This document shows, in pieces, positions 58,605-64,000 of a DNA stretch of 64,000 nucleotides (position 1 is the first letter of the stretch; every line of letters begins with the position of its first letter). Made by a program: the position numbers and the translations under genes. The notes beneath the pieces are model-generated. The model did no database searches and was not told the origin of the DNA. It saw nothing but the letters and a program-made list of their open reading frames with translations. Source of the stretch: an uncultured Solirubrobacterales bacterium (lineage in GTDB: Bacteria > Actinomycetota > Thermoleophilia > Solirubrobacterales > 70-9); NCBI GenBank assembly GCA_963797835.1, contig CAWCRN010000026.1, positions 208,310-272,309 on the forward strand, given 5' to 3'.

Positions 58605-58620
58605 CTGAACGGCGGTTCAG
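58605..58620. promoter_or_regulatory. palindrome CTGAAC-GGCG-GTTCAG (TetR-operator-like)
   Basis: 6-4-6 palindrome 40 nt upstream of the second TetR gene. An extra GTTCAG half-site lies at 58632-58637. RBS AAGGAGG at 58641-58647. Confidence 0.4.
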
Positions 58621-58659
58621 CTTTAGGCCGCGTTCAGGGCAAGGAGGCACAGTCGGGCG

Positions 58660-59274
58660 ATGAGCCCTCGGCCGCAGGTCGACCACATCCGCAAGCCGCA
58701 GATCATCAGCGCGGCGGCGGAGGTGATCGCAAAGCGCGGGGTCGACGGGACTCGTATCGCCGATATCGCCGCCGCCGCCGGGACCAGCTCGTCCGCGGTG
58801 CTCTACTGGTTCGACTCTCGCGACGAGCTGCTCGCGGAGGCGCTGACCTTCGCCGAGGACTCGTTCTACGAGGCGCTCGGCGCCCGGCTCGCCGAGTTGG
58901 AGGACCCGCGCGACCGCCTCGTTGCGCTGATCGACTCGGCGGTCGGCGGCGAGGACTGGGTGCTGTGGATCGAGCTCTGGACGCGCTCGCTGCGCGATCG
59001 CGCGCTGGCCTCGGCGCGCCAGCGCCTCGACGACCGCTGGCGGGCTGAGATCCTGGCCATCCTCAACGCCGGGCTCGCCTACGGCACGTTCGAGGTCGCC
59101 GACACCGAGCGCGCGATGCTGGAGCTGGCGGCCGTGATCGACGGACTGGCCGTGCAGGTCGCGCTGGGCGACGGCTCGGTCACACCCACGGTGATGCGCG
59201 AGATCTGTATCCAAGCCGCCGAGAGGCTCCTGGCCGTGAGGCTGAACCCGCGAGTAACGGGGATCGCGGCATGA
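58660..59274 (+). CDS. TetR/AcrR-family transcriptional regulator
   Basis: HTH IISAAAEVIAKRGVDGTRIADIAAAAGTSSSAVLYWFDSRDE. The stop overlaps the start of the binding-protein gene. Confidence 0.85.
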   Translation: MSPRPQVDHIRKPQIISAAAEVIAKRGVDGTRIADIAAAAGTSSSAVLYWFDSRDELLAEALTFAEDSFYEALGARLAELEDPRDRLVALIDSAVGGEDWVLWIELWTRSLRDRALASARQRLDDRWRAEILAILNAGLAYGTFEVADTERAMLELAAVIDGLAVQVALGDGSVTPTVMREICIQAAERLLAVRLNPRVTGIAA

Positions 59275-60383
59275 GCCTCTCGCGACGGGAGCTGCTCCAG
59301 CGCGGCGCGGCCGGCGGGCTGGCCCTCTCGGGCCTGGGCGGGCTGGCAGGGTGCACCGTCTCGCGCGAGGTGGACAAGTCGGGCGCGAACCGCGTCGTTA
59401 CCCCCGAGATCGACGGCGACCTGCTGATCTACAACTGGGCCCAGTACATGGACCCCGGGCTCAAGAAGGGCTTCTCCGAGAAGTACGGGGTCGAGGTGAG
59501 CGAGGTCAACTTCGACAACCTCGAGGCGATGGTCGTGAAGCTCCGCGCCGGGGGACAGTACGACCTGATCTGGCCATCGACCGAGTACGTCGCCCGCCTC
59601 GCGGCCGAGGGCCTGCTGTTGCAGTTCGACCGCGACAAGCTCAAGAACTCCGACAACATCTCGCCCTTCTACGACAGCCCGTGGTGGGACCCGAACAACG
59701 AGTACGGCGTGCCCTACGCCTACTACACGACCGGCATCGCCTGGCGCGACGACGTGGTCAGCGACATGACGGGCTCGTGGAACGACCTGCTCAACCCTGG
59801 CGGCGAGGGCCGGATGTTCATCCTCGACGACTTCCAGGAGGCACTCGGCGAGGCGAACCTGATCAACGGCTTCGACCTGAACACCCCCGATGCCGGCGAG
59901 CTCGAGACCTCGAAGGAGACGCTGCTGGCGCAGAAGGAGAACGCCCGCGGGTTCTCCACGAACTCGGTCCAGAACCTGGCCTCGGGCACCGCGGTCCTCC
60001 ACCAGGCGTGGAACGGCGATCTAATGAACGTCCGCCGCCAGGTGGACAACCCCGAGAACTTCAAGTACGAGACCTGCAAGGAGGGCGTGCCGGTGGGTAC
60101 CGACCTGATGGCGATCCCGGTCACCGCCCGCAGCCCCGGTACCGCGATGCTGTTCATGGATTGGGTCATCACCCCGGAGAACGCAATCCAGAACGTGAGG
60201 TGGAACGGCTACCCGCAGCCGGTCGAGGGTGGGCAGCAGGCTTTCGACCAGCTCGCGAGGGAGGAGCCCTCGATCGCCGTCGACCTCGAGGCGCTCGAGG
60301 ACACGGCGCTCGAATACCGCCTCGACGACCCGGCGGCGCGCCAGCTCTGGACCGAGGTCTTCACCGAGGTCAAGGCCGCCTAG
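59271..60383 (+). CDS. potD: polyamine (spermidine/putrescine-type) ABC substrate-binding lipoprotein
   Basis: Tat-like RRELLQRG plus lipobox LAGC. IYNWAQYMDP motif. 370 aa and intact. Confidence 0.85.
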   Translation: MSLSRRELLQRGAAGGLALSGLGGLAGCTVSREVDKSGANRVVTPEIDGDLLIYNWAQYMDPGLKKGFSEKYGVEVSEVNFDNLEAMVVKLRAGGQYDLIWPSTEYVARLAAEGLLLQFDRDKLKNSDNISPFYDSPWWDPNNEYGVPYAYYTTGIAWRDDVVSDMTGSWNDLLNPGGEGRMFILDDFQEALGEANLINGFDLNTPDAGELETSKETLLAQKENARGFSTNSVQNLASGTAVLHQAWNGDLMNVRRQVDNPENFKYETCKEGVPVGTDLMAIPVTARSPGTAMLFMDWVITPENAIQNVRWNGYPQPVEGGQQAFDQLAREEPSIAVDLEALEDTALEYRLDDPAARQLWTEVFTEVKAA

Positions 60384-60404
60384 CGCGATGAGGACGCCTC
60401 AGGG

Positions 60405-61256
60405 ATGACGGCCTCCGGCTTCTGGGCGCGGTTCCTGGTGCCCGGCGCCGTCTGGCTGCTGCTGCTGTTCCTGATCCCCCTCGTCCTCGTCCTCGCGCTG
60501 TCGTTCGGGTACGTCGACGACCTCGGCCGTGCCGTCTACTCGTTCGAGCTGGACAACTACGCGGACGCGTTCGACCCCACCTACATCCCGGTGCTCCTGC
60601 GCTCGGTGCTCTACGCGTTCGCGACGACAGCGCTCTGCCTGGTGATCGGATACCCGGTCGCCTACTACATCGCTCGCTACGGGGGGAAGTACCGCAACGC
60701 GCTGATCGCGCTGCTGGTGCTGCCGTTCTTCGTCAACTACCTCGTCCGCACCTACGCCTGGGTCGCCCTGCTCGCCGACGAGGGCCTCGTGAACAACGCC
60801 ATCGTCGACCTCGGGCTCCGGAACGAGGGGATCCAGATGATCAACACGCCGTGGGCGGTGATCGGCGGCCTCACCTACGGCTACCTCGTGTTCATGATCC
60901 TGCCGGTCTACGGCTCGCTCGAGCGCCTCGACAAGTCGGTGATCGAAGCGGGCAAGGACCTCTACGGCACCCCGTGGGCCACGTTCCGCCACGTGACCCT
61001 GCCTCAGACCAAGCAGGGGATCCTGGCCGGGTCCGTGCTGGTGTTCCTGCCTGCGGTCGGCGACTTCGTCGCCGCCCAGCTCCTCGGCGGGCCCGACACC
61101 TACATGGTCGGCAACCTCATCCAGGACCAGTTCTTCACCGCGAACAACTGGCCGTTCGGAGCGGCCCTGACGGTGGTGATGATGCTGTTCCTCTCGGTCT
61201 GGATGGTGATGTATCTGCGCTCAGCGGCGCGCGACGTGAAGGAGGCCCCCGCGTGA
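60405..61256 (+). CDS. potB: polyamine ABC transporter permease
   Basis: 283 aa. EAA-loop region LERLDKSVIEAGKDLYGTPWATFRHVTLP. Confidence 0.85.
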   Translation: MTASGFWARFLVPGAVWLLLLFLIPLVLVLALSFGYVDDLGRAVYSFELDNYADAFDPTYIPVLLRSVLYAFATTALCLVIGYPVAYYIARYGGKYRNALIALLVLPFFVNYLVRTYAWVALLADEGLVNNAIVDLGLRNEGIQMINTPWAVIGGLTYGYLVFMILPVYGSLERLDKSVIEAGKDLYGTPWATFRHVTLPQTKQGILAGSVLVFLPAVGDFVAAQLLGGPDTYMVGNLIQDQFFTANNWPFGAALTVVMMLFLSVWMVMYLRSAARDVKEAPA

Positions 61257-62077
61257 GCCCGGCGTTCGACAAGCCGCGGTTCCTGCGCGTCTTCACGGCC
61301 GGCGTCTACTTCTTCCTCTTCGCCCCGATCATCGTCGTGATCCTGTTCTCGTTCAACTCGATCAAGTCGCTGGTCTCCTTCGACGGCTTCTCGCTGACCT
61401 GGTACGAGGCGTTCCTCGACAACCCGGAGCTCCGCGAGTCGCTGTTCGCGTCGCTGGAGATCGCGCTGCTGACGATGCTGGCGGCCACCGTGATCGGGAC
61501 GGCGCTCGCCATCGGGCTGGTCCGCTCCAGGACGCGCTGGGCACCCGGCGCCAACGTGCTGATGCTGGTGCCCCTGGTCACGCCCGAGATCGTCGCCGGG
61601 ATCTCGGCGCTGTTGATCTTCTCCCAGCTCGGGATCCAGCTCAGCTTCTGGACGATCGTGCTCGCCCACATCACCTTCTCGATCTCCTACGTGACGATCG
61701 TCGTCCGCGCGCGCATGGCCGCGATCTCCGACGAGGTCGAGGAGGCCGCGATGGACCTCGGCGCCACGCGCTGGCAGTCGGTGCGGCTGGTCCTGGTGCC
61801 GGCGCTGTGGCCCGCGGTGCTCGCAGCCGGACTGCTCGTCTTCGCGTTCTCGTTCGACGACTTCGTGCTCTCGTTCTTCACGACCGGCGAGGATCTGCAG
61901 CCGCTGCCGGTACGGATCTGGTCGGCGATCCGGTTCGGGCTCGACCCGACGATCAACGCGATCGGGACGCTGATGATGGTCGTGTCGCTTACCGCGATCG
62001 GGCTGGCGGTGATCCTGCCGCGGCTGTTCGGCAAGCGCGAGAGCGGGTTGAAGGTGCTGACCGCACAGGAGGGATAG
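61253..62077 (+). CDS. potC: polyamine ABC transporter permease
   Basis: The GTG at 61253 overlaps the potB stop. EEAAMDLGATRWQSVRLVLVP loop. Confidence 0.85.
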   Translation: MSPAFDKPRFLRVFTAGVYFFLFAPIIVVILFSFNSIKSLVSFDGFSLTWYEAFLDNPELRESLFASLEIALLTMLAATVIGTALAIGLVRSRTRWAPGANVLMLVPLVTPEIVAGISALLIFSQLGIQLSFWTIVLAHITFSISYVTIVVRARMAAISDEVEEAAMDLGATRWQSVRLVLVPALWPAVLAAGLLVFAFSFDDFVLSFFTTGEDLQPLPVRIWSAIRFGLDPTINAIGTLMMVVSLTAIGLAVILPRLFGKRESGLKVLTAQEG

Positions 62078-62083
62078 GACGAG

Positions 62084-63148
62084 ATGGACGCCATCCGGCT
62101 GGAGAACGTGACGAAGCGCTTCGGCGACTTCGTTGCCGTGGACGATGTGACCCTGGCGATCCCCGAGGGCGAGTTCTTCTCGCTGCTGGGGCCGTCGGGC
62201 TGCGGCAAGACGACGACGCTGCGCATGCTCGCCGGGTTCGAGGTCCCGACGGAGGGCCACATCCTGCTTCAGGGCGAGGCCGTCGAGAACGTGCCGCCGT
62301 ACGAGCGGGACACGAACATGGTCTTCCAGAGCTACGCGCTGTTCGACCATCTCAACGTGGAGGACAACGTCGCCTTCGGACTGAGGCGCCGCAAGGTCCC
62401 GAAGGACGAGGTCCGCGAGCGGGTGGCGGCGTCGCTGGAGCTGGTGGGCTTGGAGAAGCGGGCAGGCGCGCGCTCGGACGAGCTGTCGGGCGGCCAGCGC
62501 CAGCGAGTCGCGCTCGCCCGCGCTCTGGTCAACCGGCCCAAGGTCCTGCTCCTCGACGAACCGCTGGGCGCGCTCGACCTCAAGCTCCGGCGCCAGATGC
62601 AGGTCGAGTTGAAGCAGATCCAGCGGGAGGTGGGGATCACCTTCGTGTTCGTGACGCACGACCAGGAGGAGGCGCTCTCGATGTCGGACCGGATCGCGGT
62701 CATGACCGAGGGGCGGGTGGCGCAGTGCGGGCCGCCGGAGGAGGTCTACGAGAACCCGGCCGAGCAGTTCGTTGCCGGGTTCATCGGGATCTCGAACCTG
62801 ATCCAGGGCACCGCCGAGGACGCCACCACCGTGCGTATTGCCAACGGCACCAGGCTGAACGTGCCGCTGCCCAGCGACTGCACGCCCGGCGACCAGGTGA
62901 ACCTCTCCATCCGGCCCGAGAAGATCGCGGTCGACGAGCTCGAGGAGGGGATGGTGAGCCTCGACGGCACCGTGGAGGCGCGCGTCTACCTGGGCATCAC
63001 GACCCAGGTCACGGTGAGCATCGGCAACGGCTCACGACTCGTCGCGCTCGAGCAGGCGACGTATCGGTCCAGCGCCCACGACCGCTGGGAGCCGGGCTCC
63101 CGCGTGAAGCTGGGATGGCACCCCGAGCACGCGCTGGTCCTGCGTTGA
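62084..63148 (+). CDS. potA: polyamine ABC transporter ATP-binding protein
   Basis: [33 protein letters not shown]-like C-terminus. 354 aa and intact. Confidence 0.9.
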   Translation: MDAIRLENVTKRFGDFVAVDDVTLAIPEGEFFSLLGPSGCGKTTTLRMLAGFEVPTEGHILLQGEAVENVPPYERDTNMVFQSYALFDHLNVEDNVAFGLRRRKVPKDEVRERVAASLELVGLEKRAGARSDELSGGQRQRVALARALVNRPKVLLLDEPLGALDLKLRRQMQVELKQIQREVGITFVFVTHDQEEALSMSDRIAVMTEGRVAQCGPPEEVYENPAEQFVAGFIGISNLIQGTAEDATTVRIANGTRLNVPLPSDCTPGDQVNLSIRPEKIAVDELEEGMVSLDGTVEARVYLGITTQVTVSIGNGSRLVALEQATYRSSAHDRWEPGSRVKLGWHPEHALVLR

Positions 63149-63156
63149 GGGACGCC

Positions 63157-64000
63157 TCAGCTGCGGCGCGCGGCGACACCGGTGATCGTCTGCGCGACTA
63201 CCGCCGCGGCCGTGAGGGCGCCAGCATCTGCGGTGCCCCAGCCGGCCGGCACGGTCTCGACCACGTCACCGCCGAGCAGGTCGAGCTCCTCGGCCAGGCG
63301 ACGGACTCCGGCCAGCAGCTCGCGCGGCTCGAGGCCCCCGGCCTCCGGCGTCCCGGTGCGGGGCGCGTAGGCCGGATCCAGGACGTCGATGTCCACGCTC
63401 AGGTACGTCGGGCCCGGTCCGACGGTTGCGATCGCGGTGGCGACGACCTCGTCGATGCCCTGGCGCCTCACGTCCTCGGCGGTGTGGTGGGCGATCCCCT
63501 GCTCGGCCTGCCACGTGAACACGTCTTGGTCCGGCCAGTAGCCGCGCAGGCCGATCTGGACGTAGCGAGCCGGGTCCACGTGGCCGTCGAGGACGAGGGA
63601 GCGCATCATCGTGCCGTGGTTGTCGGTGTGCTGCGTAGACGTCCGGGCGCAGTGTCGGTGTGGGAGTCGAAGTGGACGAGTCCGATCGCGCCATGCTGCG
63701 CAGCGCAGGCACGCAGTGCGGGCCCCGTGATCGAGTGGTCGCCGCCAAGCACGTACGGGATCGCCCGTGCGGCGACGACCTGCCCCACGGTCGCCTCGAT
63801 CGCCGCCCGGGACGCATCCGCCTCGAACGGCACGACTGGCACGTCGCCGAAGTCGATCAGCCGCAGGCGATCGTCCGGATCGACGCCGGTCCCTACCTCG
63901 GGGCCGATCGGCCGGCTCGCGACGCGGATCGCCCTCGGCCCGTCGCGGCTTCCCACGCGGTCGCTGGCCAGCCCGTCGAACGGGGCGCCAACGATCGCGA
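63157..64000 (-). pseudogene. agmatinase/ureohydrolase-family protein, 5'-partial at the window edge, two net +1 frame breaks (or sequencing errors)
   Basis: IVGAPFDGLASDRVGSRDGPRAIR..GGDHSITGP..HFDSHTDT | PDVYAA | QHTDNHGTMMRSLV...SVDIDVLDPAYAP uses three frames (breaks about 63647 and 63633). Confidence 0.8.

Noticed and set aside
12331-63650. Programmed +1 ribosomal frameshifting or transcriptional slippage as an explanation for the uniform +1 breaks.
   Set aside because: The break sites share no slippery heptamer, rare-codon/stop context or homopolymer run. Examples are CGA-C-GTG, GAC-GG-A-CAAC, CCC-G-GCG and GTC-G-GCG. They occur in unrelated housekeeping genes. Systematic sequence error is more parsimonious pending read evidence.
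1-64000. Search for rRNA, tRNA, CRISPR arrays, IS/transposase, integrase, phage, toxin-antitoxin or known defence genes.
   Set aside because: I found no T-loop GGTTCGA-type tRNA signatures outside coding context, no regularly spaced direct repeats and no recombinase-like ORFs. The window looks like core metabolic chromosome. This was an eyeball scan only, and tRNAscan-SE, Infernal or DefenseFinder would be needed to exclude them formally.

Overview
High-GC (about 70%) Actinomycetota-type chromosomal segment, densely coding on both strands. I saw no rRNA, tRNA, CRISPR array, transposase or integrase. There are three neighbourhoods. (1) 9.9-27.3 kb is a phosphate/polyphosphate block: an orphan OmpR/PhoB-type regulator, pstSCAB-phoU, a sugar-phosphate isomerase, a short Ppx/GppA, two translationally coupled CHAD proteins, a secreted M1 peptidase, a GH31 glycosidase, a PHP-phosphoesterase::GT4-glycosyltransferase fusion, ppk1 and dinB. 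Five intergenic regions in this block carry 11-nt-phased TT(C/T)AC(A/C/G) hexamer arrays, which is PhoP-box architecture. One array sits directly in front of the PHP::GT4 gene; this is my best candidate for an undescribed phosphate-starvation system. (2) 28.8-37.1 kb holds an esterase-mmsA-aldehyde dehydrogenase operon and a kinase-less partner-switching set (two STAS proteins plus a membrane GAF/PAS PP2C phosphatase). (3) 37.1-64 kb is an amine/polyamine-GABA catabolic island: class-III aminotransferase, PucR regulator, saccharopine-DH-like protein, ald, gabD, an acyl-CoA operon, a tandem Rieske oxygenase pair, two TetR regulators, an intact potDBCA-type transporter and an agmatinase. A second pot-type operon at 37.1-41.2 kb is riddled with frame changes. 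Outside that hotspot, at least 12 frame breaks in 10 well-conserved genes are all net +1. That points to systematic insertion errors in the assembly rather than gene decay, but it cannot be settled from the sequence alone. An identical 18-bp AT-rich palindromic motif occurs in two promoter regions of the acyl-CoA/Rieske cluster. A perfect CRP-type palindrome precedes an Rpf-like muralytic gene.
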